This document shows positions 8,042-17,112 of a stretch of DNA of 32,000 nt, one piece after another (positions within the stretch are counted from its first letter, which is position 1; each line of letters opens with the position of its first letter). The position numbers and the translations under genes were made by a program. The notes beneath the pieces are model-generated. The model worked only from the letters and a program-made list of their open reading frames with translations. It was not told where the DNA came from and made no database searches. The DNA is taken from assembly GCA_964618115.1 (NCBI GenBank), contig CAZTZI010000176.1, positions 1 through 32,000 on the forward strand, read 5' to 3'. This DNA comes from an uncultured Acidimicrobiales bacterium. GTDB taxonomy: Bacteria; Actinomycetota; Acidimicrobiia; Acidimicrobiales; CATQHL01.

Positions 8042-9046
8042 TCAGCTCGCAACCAGTGCGCGCAGCGATTGGCGCAGCGACCCTGCGGTGGCGATGACCG
8101 CCGAGGGTTCGTAGCCGCAATGAGCCATACAACTGGCGCAGCGCTCGTCGCGGCCCCGCCCGTACTGATCCCAATCGGTCTCCTCGATCAGTTCCCGGTA
8201 GGTCTCGGCATAGCCGTCGGCCATGAGGTAGCAGGGCCGCTGCCAGCCGAAGACCGAGTAGCTCGGGATTCCCCACGGCGTGCACTGGTAGTCGACCTTC
8301 CCCTCCAGGAAGTCCAGGAACAGCGGCGAGTGGTTGAGGCGCCAGCGCTTGCGCCGCCCGTCGGCAAAGCTCTCGCGGAAGAGCTCCCGGGTCTGCTCGA
8401 CCTGCAGGAAGTGCTCCTGATCGGGGGCCTTCTCGTAGGCATACCCCGGGGAGACCATGATCGAGTCCACTTGCAGGTCGTCGTTCAGGAAGTCCAGCAC
8501 GCCCCGCACCGACTCCGGCGTGTCGGTGTTGAAGAAGGTGCTGTTGGTGGTGACCCGGAACCCCCGCGCCTTGGCCTCCTTGATCGCCTCGACGACCTCG
8601 TCGAACACTCCCTGGCGGGCGACGGCAATGTCGTGGCGCTCGCGCAGACCGTCCACGTGGACGGCCCAGGAGAAGTAGGGCGAGGGTTTGAACCGATCCA
8701 TCTTGCGCCGCAGCAGGACGCCGTTGGTACAGAGATACACGAAGCGCTTGCGCTCCAGCAGCGCCTCGACGATCTCGGCGATCTGCGGGTGCAGCAGGGG
8801 TTCGCCGCCGGCGATCGACACCATCGGCGCCCCGCACTCCTCCATGGCCGACACGCAGTCCTCGACGCTGAGGCGCTTGCGGAGGATCTCGGTGGGGTGC
8901 TGGATCTTGCCGCACCCGGGACACTCCAGGTTGCAGGCGAACAGCGGCTCCATCTCCACGATGATCGGGTACTTCGTGCGCCCGCGGAGCTTGTTACCGA
9001 ACATGTAGGCGCCGACGCGCGCCGCCTGGCGAAGTGGGATGCCCAT
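8042..9046 (-). CDS. hpnH: Adenosylhopane synthase, radical SAM protein HpnH
   Basis: 334 aa. The N-terminus MGIPLRQAARVGAYMFGNKLRGRTKYPIIVEMEPLFACNLECPGCGKIQHP carries CxxxCxxC and is characteristic of HpnH. It is directly downstream of shc and hpnG. Confidence 0.9.
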   Translation of the reverse strand: MGIPLRQAARVGAYMFGNKLRGRTKYPIIVEMEPLFACNLECPGCGKIQHPTEILRKRLSVEDCVSAMEECGAPMVSIAGGEPLLHPQIAEIVEALLERKRFVYLCTNGVLLRRKMDRFKPSPYFSWAVHVDGLRERHDIAVARQGVFDEVVEAIKEAKARGFRVTTNSTFFNTDTPESVRGVLDFLNDDLQVDSIMVSPGYAYEKAPDQEHFLQVEQTRELFRESFADGRRKRWRLNHSPLFLDFLEGKVDYQCTPWGIPSYSVFGWQRPCYLMADGYAETYRELIEETDWDQYGRGRDERCASCMAHCGYEPSAVIATAGSLRQSLRALVAS

Positions 9047-9672
9047 CAGCGAGTACCTCCAGAGGCTGCGTTTTCAAGCCCTCGACGACTGTCCTGGCCG
9101 GGAAGTGCCTCCCAGGCCTCCAACGTTGCGGCGATGCGGGACAGCACCGCCAGGCTGCGGCGGACCCGCCACGGTAGCGACAGTGACACCAACTCCGCCT
9201 CCGAAGTGTCGCAGATGACCCGGACCACCGCCAGCGGCCCCGGCTCGGCCGCCAGCAGCCACCACGACTCCATGTCGGCGGCCAGGGTTCCGTCGGCGGC
9301 GAGGCTGCGTCGCCGCGCGCCGCGCACGGGACGGGCGACGGAGCGCACGGGACCCCGAACGGTCTCTATGCCCGCGGTCCGCAGGCAGGAGACGATCGCC
9401 TCCGGCGCGGGACCCCTCACCGGGCGATCACCGCCGGGACCGCGCACGACCTCCGCCACGATCACGTCGCCGGGCGCCAGGGCGTCACTGACGCCGCCGC
9501 CGAGGCCCAGCACCACCGCGCCGGCGTGCGGCTGATCCGCTGCCGTTCGCCGGTCGGCGAACGCCTCTGCCCGCCGTGGTCCGGCGCCGGTACGCGCCAC
9601 GGCGGCCGAGCGCACCGCTCGGCGCGCCGCCGACGCCTCGAGGCGCAAGGGACACCAGAACTCGAGGCTCAC
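9046..9672 (-). CDS. hpnG: Hopanoid-associated phosphorylase/nucleosidase HpnG (PNP/UDP family)
   Basis: 208 aa with a GLGGGVSDALAPGDVIVAEVV nucleoside-phosphorylase-type segment. Its position between shc and hpnH supports the call. The GTG start overlaps the shc stop (GTGA), and its stop overlaps the hpnH ATG by 1 nt. Confidence 0.7.
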   Translation of the reverse strand: MSLEFWCPLRLEASAARRAVRSAAVARTGAGPRRAEAFADRRTAADQPHAGAVVLGLGGGVSDALAPGDVIVAEVVRGPGGDRPVRGPAPEAIVSCLRTAGIETVRGPVRSVARPVRGARRRSLAADGTLAADMESWWLLAAEPGPLAVVRVICDTSEAELVSLSLPWRVRRSLAVLSRIAATLEAWEALPGQDSRRGLENAASGGTR

Positions 9673-11630
9673 TGCGGGGGCACCTCACCCACGGTGGCGC
9701 GCACGTACCGGCCCAACGCCATGGTCGGAAAGACCTGCCGGTAGAGGTGGTAGTTGATGTAGAAGTAGCCCTGGAAACCGGTCCCGGTGTACTGCGGTTC
9801 GTCCCAGGTGCCGTCGGCCCGGCAGTTGCGGGCCAGCCACTCCACGCCGCGACGTGTGGGTTCGCCGTACTCGTCGGCGGCCATGAGCGCCAGCAGCGCC
9901 CATGCGGTCTGCGACGCCGTGGGGTCGCCGCGGCCCCGCCAACTGTCGGTCTCATAGGACCTCAGGTCCTCGCCCCACCCGCCGTCGGGCCCCTGCGTGG
10001 CGTGCAGCCAGCGGACGGCTCGGCGGATACGGCGGTCGCCGGCCGGAACGCCCACGGCTCGCAACGCCGGCAGCACGGCGCCGAGCCCGTAGAGGTGGTT
10101 GACCCCCCAGCGCCCGAACCAGGAGCCGTCGGTCTCCTGATTGAGGCACAGCCAGTCGACGGCGCGTCGCAGGCGACGGGCGTCCACCGGGATGTCGGTG
10201 TGGGTCCGGACCCAGCACAGCATCTCCACCACGTGCGCGGTGACGTCGGCACTCGGGGGGTCGATGACCTCGCCGAAGTCACAGAATGGGAGCTGCTCAC
10301 ACAGCCGCCGGACGTTGTCCGCATCGAACGCCGCATAGCCGCCGTCGCTGCTCTGCATGCCTTCCGCCCAGGCGACGGCCCGGGCGATCGCCGCGGTCGC
10401 CCGATCGGGGTCCGACGCCTCCGCGTGCCCCAGCGCCAACACGACCTCGGCGGTGTCGTCGAGGTCGGGATAGTTGTCATTGCAGAACTCGAAGGCCCAG
10501 CCCCCGGGGGCGAGTTCGGGACGGCGGGCCGCCCAGTCGCCACGCACCCGCACCTCCTCGTCCAGCAGCCAGTCCGCCGCGGCCACCATCGCCGGGTCAT
10601 CGCGGCGCAGCCCGGCGTCGCCGAGCGCCACCACCGCCAGCGCCGTGTCCCACACCGGCGACTGGCAGCACTCCATCCAGCGCATGTCCCCGTCGCGAAC
10701 CTCGAACGAGTCGAAACCCGCCAGGGCCCCGGCCAGGACGGGGTGATTCAGCGGATAGCCGCGCAGGTGCAGGGCGATGATCGAATACACCCACGGCGGC
10801 TGGATGCCTCCCCAGCAGCCGTCGGCCTCCTGGCGACGGATGATCCACTGCTCGGCGAGCTTCATGGACATCTCCCGGAGCCGCCGCAGGGGCCGGTAGT
10901 AGTACTTGTTCAGCAGCTTGTCGAAGCGCTGGAAAAGCCCCGCGGGGGTGTTGATCGGCCGGCGGCGGCGCTCGGGAGGTTGCTCGCCGGTGCGCAGCTC
11001 GTCCAGTGAGATGCCGATGTCGACCTTCGGCCGGTAGGTGCTCACGATCGTGAGCGGCACGATCGTCTGGCGGGCCCAGCAGCCGAAGTCGTAGATGTTC
11101 AGCGGGACCCAGCGCGGCAGGAGGATCAGTTCGGGAGGCATGGCGGGCAGGTCGTGCCAAGACCACAGGCCGAAGAGGGCCAGCCAGAGCCGCGTGAACA
11201 CGCGCGCACACTCCAGGCCGCCGAGGTCGCGCACGAACTCCGCAGCGAGGCGCATGTGCTCGGCGTCGGGACTGTCGCCGGCGAGGCGCAGCGCCGTGTA
11301 GGCCTCGACCGTCAGCGAGAGGTTGGAGGGTCCGCCGTAGTGGGACGACCAGCCGCCGTCGGCGCACTGCTTCGACCGGATCCAGTTCGCCGTGAGGGCC
11401 AGGACGTCGTCGTCCAGAATGCCCAGGAAGGCGCGAAGCAGCAGATCCTCGGCCTCGATGGCGACGTTGGTCTCCAGATCGCCCTTCCACCAGCCGGCCT
11501 CGTCCTGCATGTTCAGCAGAGCCTCGGTCGACCTGCTCAGCACCTCGGCCGCCACGTCCTCGAGCTCGCCGGTCGCCGCCCCGGAGGAAGTCCACGGCAG
11601 TGCAGGCAGCGAGCGTCTCACCATCGTCAT
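9669..11630 (-). CDS. shc: Squalene-hopene cyclase
   Basis: 653 aa. Catalytic DxDDTA motif (YPDLDDTAEVVLAL) and multiple QW repeats (QxxDGGW / DGSWxGxWG). GGGAGG SD sits 8 nt before the ATG. Confidence 0.95.
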   Translation of the reverse strand: MTMVRRSLPALPWTSSGAATGELEDVAAEVLSRSTEALLNMQDEAGWWKGDLETNVAIEAEDLLLRAFLGILDDDVLALTANWIRSKQCADGGWSSHYGGPSNLSLTVEAYTALRLAGDSPDAEHMRLAAEFVRDLGGLECARVFTRLWLALFGLWSWHDLPAMPPELILLPRWVPLNIYDFGCWARQTIVPLTIVSTYRPKVDIGISLDELRTGEQPPERRRRPINTPAGLFQRFDKLLNKYYYRPLRRLREMSMKLAEQWIIRRQEADGCWGGIQPPWVYSIIALHLRGYPLNHPVLAGALAGFDSFEVRDGDMRWMECCQSPVWDTALAVVALGDAGLRRDDPAMVAAADWLLDEEVRVRGDWAARRPELAPGGWAFEFCNDNYPDLDDTAEVVLALGHAEASDPDRATAAIARAVAWAEGMQSSDGGYAAFDADNVRRLCEQLPFCDFGEVIDPPSADVTAHVVEMLCWVRTHTDIPVDARRLRRAVDWLCLNQETDGSWFGRWGVNHLYGLGAVLPALRAVGVPAGDRRIRRAVRWLHATQGPDGGWGEDLRSYETDSWRGRGDPTASQTAWALLALMAADEYGEPTRRGVEWLARNCRADGTWDEPQYTGTGFQGYFYINYHLYRQVFPTMALGRYVRATVGEVPPQ

Positions 11631-11645
11631 ACCCCGGCCTCCCGT

Positions 11646-12662
11646 TCAGAAGTCCCGATCGACGATGAAGTCCGCCAACTCCTGCAGCTCGGCTGCCACA
11701 GCGGCGTCGATGTCCACCGCGCCCAGAGCCTCCGCGGCGCGAGCCATGCACTCCCGCGCCGCCGCGGCGGTGACCGCACGACCGCCGACCTCTTCGATGA
11801 GGTCCGCCGCCCGGGCGATGCCGGCCTCGTCCAGGTGGGCGCGGCCGTAGATGTCGGCCAGTTCCGCGGCGGCGGCGCTGTTCGAACTCAGGGCGATGGT
11901 GACCGGCAGCGAGCGCTTGCGCTCGCGCAGGTCATTGCCGGCGGGCTTGCCGGTGACGGCGGGCTCTCCCCAGATGCCGAGGAGGTCGTCAACGGCCTGG
12001 AACCCCCGGCCCAACTCGTCGCCGAACCGGCGCAACCCGGCAATGGTCGGCTCCGGCGCGCCCGCCAGGATCGCCCCGACCGCGGTGGCGTGGGCGAGCA
12101 GGGCGCCCGTCTTCAGCGAGATCATGTCCCAGCAATCAGCCACCGAGACGTTGGCACGGCTGTCCAGCGACATGTCCAGCGACTGTCCTGCGATCATGGC
12201 CGCGGTCGCCCGGGCCAGATCGGCCGCAGCCGCAGACCGGGCAGGCGTCGTCACCTCCAGCAGAGCCTCGAACGCCAGGGCCATGACGGCGTCCCCGACG
12301 ATGATGGCGTGATCGGTGCCGTAGACCTTCCACACCGTGGGGCGGTGACGGCGCTCCGCATCATCGTCGACGATGTCGTCGTGGATGAGGGAGTAGTTGT
12401 GGATCAGTTCCACCGCGACCCCGCCGGGGATGGCCACCTCGGGCTCCGCGCCGACCGCCTCGGCGGACAGCACCGCCAGGGTGGACCGCACGCCCTTGCC
12501 GCCACTCGAAGTCCCCAGCGCGGCGCCTTGCGCGTCGGTCCAGCCGAAGTGGTAGCGGACCGGGACGGCGAGCTCGGTCGCCAAGCGGTCGACTGTGGCC
12601 ATGAGAGCAGGCTGCACGAGGTCGCCGGCGCGCCGTAGCACCGCGGGTGTCGAGCGCTTCAT
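11646..12662 (-). CDS. Polyprenyl (farnesyl/geranylgeranyl) diphosphate synthase
   Basis: 338 aa from MKRSTPAVL. First Asp-rich motif LIHDDIVDDD..RRHRP and second motif FQAVDDLLGIWG. The ATG overlaps the hpnE stop (ATGA). This matches the position of hopD in Streptomyces hopanoid clusters. Confidence 0.88.
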   Translation of the reverse strand: MKRSTPAVLRRAGDLVQPALMATVDRLATELAVPVRYHFGWTDAQGAALGTSSGGKGVRSTLAVLSAEAVGAEPEVAIPGGVAVELIHNYSLIHDDIVDDDAERRHRPTVWKVYGTDHAIIVGDAVMALAFEALLEVTTPARSAAAADLARATAAMIAGQSLDMSLDSRANVSVADCWDMISLKTGALLAHATAVGAILAGAPEPTIAGLRRFGDELGRGFQAVDDLLGIWGEPAVTGKPAGNDLRERKRSLPVTIALSSNSAAAAELADIYGRAHLDEAGIARAADLIEEVGGRAVTAAAARECMARAAEALGAVDIDAAVAAELQELADFIVDRDF

Positions 12663-14053
12663 GCCGCCACCGCTCCCTCGCCGGGCCCCTCGGCACGCGG
12701 CTCGGGCGACGCAGGGGTCGCAGCCGCGAACTCGGTCGCCAGCCGTGCCGCCTCGACACCGCTGCGCACCGCGCCCTCCATCGTGGCGGGCCAGCCGGTG
12801 TCGCACCAGGCGCCGGCCAGGAAGACACCCGCCAGCGCAGTGCGGGGGCCGGGGCGCAGTTCGTGGGTTCCCGGTGCCCCGAGGAAGGTGGCGGCGCGCT
12901 CGCGCGTGACGATCCGCTCGGTGACGCGGGCGCCGCCGGCGGCGGGCAGCAACCGGGCCATCTCCCCTTCGAAGTGTTGCACGAGGTCCGGCGAGCGGCG
13001 GCCGATGTAGGACCGCGCCGCCGACAGCGAGATGGTCAGGCACTGGCGCCCGTCGTCGAGCCCGGACGCCTCGGTGTGGTCGAAGACGAACTCGACGTCG
13101 CTGCCCAGGGCCGCGGCCACCGGCAGCTCCATCACCGGCCGGTCGTAGACCAGATGCACGTTCACGATCGGTGAGATCCCCAGATCCTCGAGTCGCTCCT
13201 GGCCCGCCACGGTCCCTGCCGGCAGCAGCGATCCGGCGGCATCGTGGGGCACCGCCACGACGACCGCGTCGGCCTCGATCAACCGACCGTCGGTCTCGAC
13301 GACCGGTCGCCCGCCGGGGCCGGGGCGCACGCCGCGCACCGCGGCGCCCATCGTGACGTCGGCACCGGCACCCTCGAGGGTTCGCCTCGCCGCATCGCCG
13401 TGCAGCACCGACAGCGGCACCGTCGCCCAGCCGATGTCACCGGCGTCGGCGCGACTAAGCAGCCCGGTCCGGAACACCATCGCGGCGAGCTTGAGCGACG
13501 CCTCGGCGGCACGAACGTTGACCGTCGGCAGCACGATGAGATCCCACAGCGCCTCGACGGTGGCGGCGTCGGTGCCACGCGCCGCCAACCAGTCGCCGAA
13601 CGTCAGCCGATCCAGTTCCGGATCGTCGGGGTCCAGGCGGCGCAGCGCCATGGCCGTGCGGATCACCTTCAGGCGCCGGCGGCCGCCCAGGTGGGGGTAG
13701 GTCAGCAGGGACACCAGCAGGTGCACCGGCGCGGGACCCGCCGTGCGCCGGATGGCGCCGATCGGGCCGCCGGGACGCAGCACGGGGACCTCCAGCCGGC
13801 TCTGCAGGCGCACGTTGGATGCCGAACCGATCCGCTCCAGGAACCGCCTGTAGGCGCTGCAGCAGCGCATGAACACGTGCTGGCCGTTGTCGAAGGAGAT
13901 GCCCCGGTGCTCGAACGACCAGGTCGCCCCGCCCAGGCGAGGCCGCCGCTCCAGCAACGTCACCGCGGCACCCCGGTCGGCGGCCTCGACGCCGGCCGCC
14001 AGCCCGGCGAGGCCGCCGCCGACCACCACGACCCGCCGGCGTCGACCGCTCAT
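12659..14053 (-). CDS. hpnE: Hydroxysqualene dehydroxylase HpnE (FAD-dependent amine-oxidase / phytoene-desaturase family)
   Basis: 464 aa from MSGRRRRVVVVGGGLAGLAAG (dinucleotide-binding fold). C-terminal FLAGAWCDTGWPATMEGAVRSG. The ATG overlaps the hpnD stop (ATGA). Confidence 0.85.
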   Translation of the reverse strand: MSGRRRRVVVVGGGLAGLAAGVEAADRGAAVTLLERRPRLGGATWSFEHRGISFDNGQHVFMRCCSAYRRFLERIGSASNVRLQSRLEVPVLRPGGPIGAIRRTAGPAPVHLLVSLLTYPHLGGRRRLKVIRTAMALRRLDPDDPELDRLTFGDWLAARGTDAATVEALWDLIVLPTVNVRAAEASLKLAAMVFRTGLLSRADAGDIGWATVPLSVLHGDAARRTLEGAGADVTMGAAVRGVRPGPGGRPVVETDGRLIEADAVVVAVPHDAAGSLLPAGTVAGQERLEDLGISPIVNVHLVYDRPVMELPVAAALGSDVEFVFDHTEASGLDDGRQCLTISLSAARSYIGRRSPDLVQHFEGEMARLLPAAGGARVTERIVTRERAATFLGAPGTHELRPGPRTALAGVFLAGAWCDTGWPATMEGAVRSGVEAARLATEFAAATPASPEPRAEGPGEGAVAA

Positions 14054-14925
14054 GGCCGCAGTCCCGCCACGCTCCGCAGGGCGACCAGCGCCTTCTCGCG
14101 GGCGGGCAGCCGGACGCGCATGCTGAGCGGCCGGGTCGGTTGGTCGACGATGCGGTCCAGCAACCGCCGGTAGATTCCCGCCATCGCCGCCGTGCACGCC
14201 CGGCTGCGATGATCGAGATGGTCGAGCAGGACCAGCCCTCGTTCGAACCACGCCGCCGCCTGCTCCCCGACGTGACGCACGAGCGCCGCGACGCCGTCGG
14301 ACGGCCCCCACTCCCCCGGCCGGATCCCGAAACGTTGACGCTCCCTTTCGGGCAGGTAGATGCGTCCCATCGCATGGTCCTCGCCGATGTCGCGCAGCAT
14401 GTTGGTGATTTGCAGCGCCACGCCGAGTTCATCGGCCAGCTGCGGAGCCGCCTCGGCGCCGGTTCGGGCTCTGGTGCGGGTGCCGAAGACCCCCAGCGAC
14501 AGGCGGCCCACCGAGCCTGCGACGAGGCGGCAGTAGCGCACCGTGTCGTCCATGGTCTCGTACGTCGTGCCGATCACGTCGTGCTGGCAGCCTTCGACGA
14601 TCTCGTGCAGGACATCCAGCGGGATCGGGTACCGGTCGGCGGCATCGGCGAGTCCGACGAGAACCGGGTCGGTCGGATCGGCCAGCTCGCCCGCCTCCAG
14701 CGCGTCGATGGAGCCGTGAAGCTCTCCGAGCGCCTCGAGTTTGCGGTCGTTGGGCCAGTCACCGTCACCGACGTCGTCGATCCTCCGGGCCATGGCGTAA
14801 AGGGCCGCCATCGCCTGGCGCTTGGGCGGCGGCAGGAGGCGGATGCCGTAGGCGAAGTTGCGGGCTTCGGCCCAGGTGATCTCCTCGCAGCGCCGGTACG
14901 CCGACGCCGCGGTGAGCGCACTCAC
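14050..14925 (-). CDS. hpnD: Presqualene diphosphate synthase HpnD (squalene/phytoene synthase family)
   Basis: 291 aa. Motifs ARNFAYGIRLLP, YAMARRIDDVGD and ALQITNMLRDIGED. The GTG start overlaps the hpnC stop (GTGA). Confidence 0.88.
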   Translation of the reverse strand: MSALTAASAYRRCEEITWAEARNFAYGIRLLPPPKRQAMAALYAMARRIDDVGDGDWPNDRKLEALGELHGSIDALEAGELADPTDPVLVGLADAADRYPIPLDVLHEIVEGCQHDVIGTTYETMDDTVRYCRLVAGSVGRLSLGVFGTRTRARTGAEAAPQLADELGVALQITNMLRDIGEDHAMGRIYLPERERQRFGIRPGEWGPSDGVAALVRHVGEQAAAWFERGLVLLDHLDHRSRACTAAMAGIYRRLLDRIVDQPTRPLSMRVRLPAREKALVALRSVAGLRP

Positions 14926-15875
14926 GCGGCGCTCCGCCGGCGCAGCACGGCGCCGAGGTACAGCGGCACGAAGCGACGCAGCAGCCGCAGGGGGCCGGCC
15001 TGCCGCGTGGTGCTCAACACTTCGAAACCTGCCGCTTCGATGGCGTCGAGCCCGGCGAGCCCTCCCGCCACGAAGCCGGCGATGGCGACCCGGGCGTATC
15101 CCCGCAGCGACGCCACCAGCGCCCTGCCGCGCTCGAGCATGTCCCGGGCACGTCCGGCTTCGAATGCCACGAGTTCTCGCAGCGACTCGCCGGCCACGGG
15201 GGCCGCCAGATCTGCACGGGTGCAGCCGAAGCGTTCCATGTCAACGGTAGGCAGGTAGACGCGACCCGCCGCGGCGTCCTCGCCGATGTCCTGGAGGTGT
15301 TCGAGCACCTGTAGCCCGCTGCATGTGGCATCCGAGGCTACCCTGCGGTCCGGCGTGGACGCCTCGAAGACCGCCAGCACGAGATGACCGACCGGGTTCG
15401 CCGACAGCTCGCAGTACCCCAGCAACTCCTCCCAGTCGGCGTAGCCGCTCTTGGTCTGGTCGAGGCGGTTGGCCGCCAGCAGCCGGTCGAACGGGGTGCG
15501 GGGGATGTCGAAGTCGCGCACCGTCGCCTCGAGCCGGCGGAATACCGGGTGCCGCGGCGATCCGGCATAGAGATCGTCGATCTGTTGCTCGAGCCAGTCC
15601 AGCGCCGCGGCGCGATCCCCCGGGTACTCGTCGCCGAGGTTGTCGACCAGCCGCGCATAGCCGTAGATCGCCTCGAGATGGCGGCGCAGCCGGCGGGGCA
15701 ACACGCCCAATGCCACCGGGAAGTTCTCCCCGCCGGCCCGCGCCATGATGGCGTCGGTGTCCGCATACTGCTCGATCGGAGCCGCCTCGGCGGGGGGAAC
15801 CGGTGGGCCGTCGGCGCCGGTCCGCTCCGCCGTTGGTTCGATGGACACGGCATCCTCCACCCGTATGGACCCCAC
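14922..15875 (-). CDS. hpnC: Hydroxysqualene synthase HpnC (squalene/phytoene synthase family)
   Basis: Motifs GENFPVALGVLP, YGYARLVDNLGDE and LQVLEHLQDIGED. The longest ORF starts at GTG 15875. An alternative GTG at 15848 has a much better SD (GGAGGA, about 4 nt spacing). Confidence 0.85.
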   Translation of the reverse strand: MGSIRVEDAVSIEPTAERTGADGPPVPPAEAAPIEQYADTDAIMARAGGENFPVALGVLPRRLRRHLEAIYGYARLVDNLGDEYPGDRAAALDWLEQQIDDLYAGSPRHPVFRRLEATVRDFDIPRTPFDRLLAANRLDQTKSGYADWEELLGYCELSANPVGHLVLAVFEASTPDRRVASDATCSGLQVLEHLQDIGEDAAAGRVYLPTVDMERFGCTRADLAAPVAGESLRELVAFEAGRARDMLERGRALVASLRGYARVAIAGFVAGGLAGLDAIEAAGFEVLSTTRQAGPLRLLRRFVPLYLGAVLRRRSAA

Positions 15876-16061
15876 CGGTCGGAGCTGGTTCCCACAACGG
15901 CGAGAACCTTACACAATTCCTGACCTATCGGTCCAAGTGTTGCGGTAGCGCTGCGCCGTCCCCGGGAGGCTATCCAGACCGGCCCGGCCGCGCCCCCGGA
16001 GCCCGTTGCGGTACGGCGCCGGTAGCCGGCTCCGCGCTGGGGCGCCCGCCGGCCGAGCGCC

Positions 16062-16862
16062 CTAGCGCGCGGACAGGTCGTCCCCCTCGTGCCCGCCCAC
16101 CAGCGAGCGGAACACCTGCACGGTTGCGTCCAGGATCACCATCCCGGCGGTGGCATGGCTCCCGGACTCGCCGGGCAGCAGGATCTCCCCCATCTCGGTG
16201 GCCAGAAGCCGGAACGTGTCGCGCGCCTCGCCGACGTATTCGGGCTCGAACAGCATGGACCGCTTGGCCAGTTCCAGCAGGACCGGGAGGCCCGGGCGCA
16301 GCGCCGCGGCGCAGATCTCCGCGGCAGCGCGCATGTCGATCGGCTGGGGTAGTTCTGCGACCCCGGCGCGGAAGCGCTCCAGGGTCTGCAGCACCACCCT
16401 CTCGGCGGCACGCACGAAGACCTGGCTCTTGGAGTCGAAGTGGCGGTAGAAGGTCCCCTTGGCGACGTCCGCGCCCGCACACAGGTCGGCGACGCTCACC
16501 TCGCCGTAGCTGTGCAGGCCGAACGCCTCGATGGCGACGTCGAGGATCCGCTCGACCAGGACGGACTTCTGCGGACCGCCGCCGAGCAGCGGTTCCTGCA
16601 TGAGCCCGGCGGGGCGGTCGGCGAGGATCTCCGGCAGGACCTCGGCGATCTTCGCCAGCGAGAGGCGCTGGCGCTGCCGGAGGCCGCGGATCACGCGCAG
16701 CGCGTCGACGTGCTCGGGGCCGTACAGGAAGCGCTTGGGAGCGATCCGGTTTGGGGACGGCAACAGCCCCCGCCGCACGTAGTGGTGCACCGTCGATGCC
16801 GGCACGCCGGTCCGGTCCACCAGCTCAGCCATCGAGAAGCTGTCCGTACGCTGAGCGTCCAT
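16062..16862 (-). CDS. Transcriptional regulator with two fused DNA-binding domains (N-terminal MerR-type HTH, central TetR-type HTH)
   Basis: 266 aa from MDAQRTDSF (GGGAG SD). MerR-like: FSMAELVDRTGVPASTVHHYVRRGLLPSP...RFLYGPEHVDALRVIRGLR. TetR_N-like: ERILDVAIEAFGLHSYGEVSVADLCAGADVAKGTFYRHFDSKSQVF. Confidence 0.75.
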   Translation of the reverse strand: MDAQRTDSFSMAELVDRTGVPASTVHHYVRRGLLPSPNRIAPKRFLYGPEHVDALRVIRGLRQRQRLSLAKIAEVLPEILADRPAGLMQEPLLGGGPQKSVLVERILDVAIEAFGLHSYGEVSVADLCAGADVAKGTFYRHFDSKSQVFVRAAERVVLQTLERFRAGVAELPQPIDMRAAAEICAAALRPGLPVLLELAKRSMLFEPEYVGEARDTFRLLATEMGEILLPGESGSHATAGMVILDATVQVFRSLVGGHEGDDLSAR

Positions 16863-17112
16863 CGTTCTCCCACCTCGACGAGTGAGCCCGAGTGAACCGA
16901 ACAGTATCCCTCCCGTTGCGAGACCGCCCCGCGTGGCCGCGAGAATGGCGTGCAGGCGGCGCTCCGCGCGAGGGTCGGTGTGCCGGTGCCCATGACCCCA
17001 GCGGCCTCGGAGGCGGATCCTGAGTCCCCCCACACCACCGAACCCTGCGAGCACCCGCCGGCAGTGGGATCGCCAGATCTTCCAGCTGGCGATTCCCGCC
17101 TTCGGCGCGCTC

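Noticed and set aside
9576-11009. 477-aa plus-strand ORF and similar long ORFs opposite shc, hpnE, tadA, tadB/C and the ligase (for example 3694-5400, 13244-14173, 14140-15258, 23498-24604, 28654-30654)
   Set aside because: Each is antisense or out of frame to a gene with unambiguous family motifs, and shows the low-complexity R/A/G/P composition expected of non-coding frames in a genome this GC-rich.
15876-16061. Candidate promoter for the hopanoid operon (minus strand TTGGAC ... TAAGGT around 15905-15940)
   Set aside because: The spacing is 19 nt (or 17 nt to the weaker TGTAAG) and the match is modest. I could not distinguish it from chance without transcription start data, so it is not listed as a feature.
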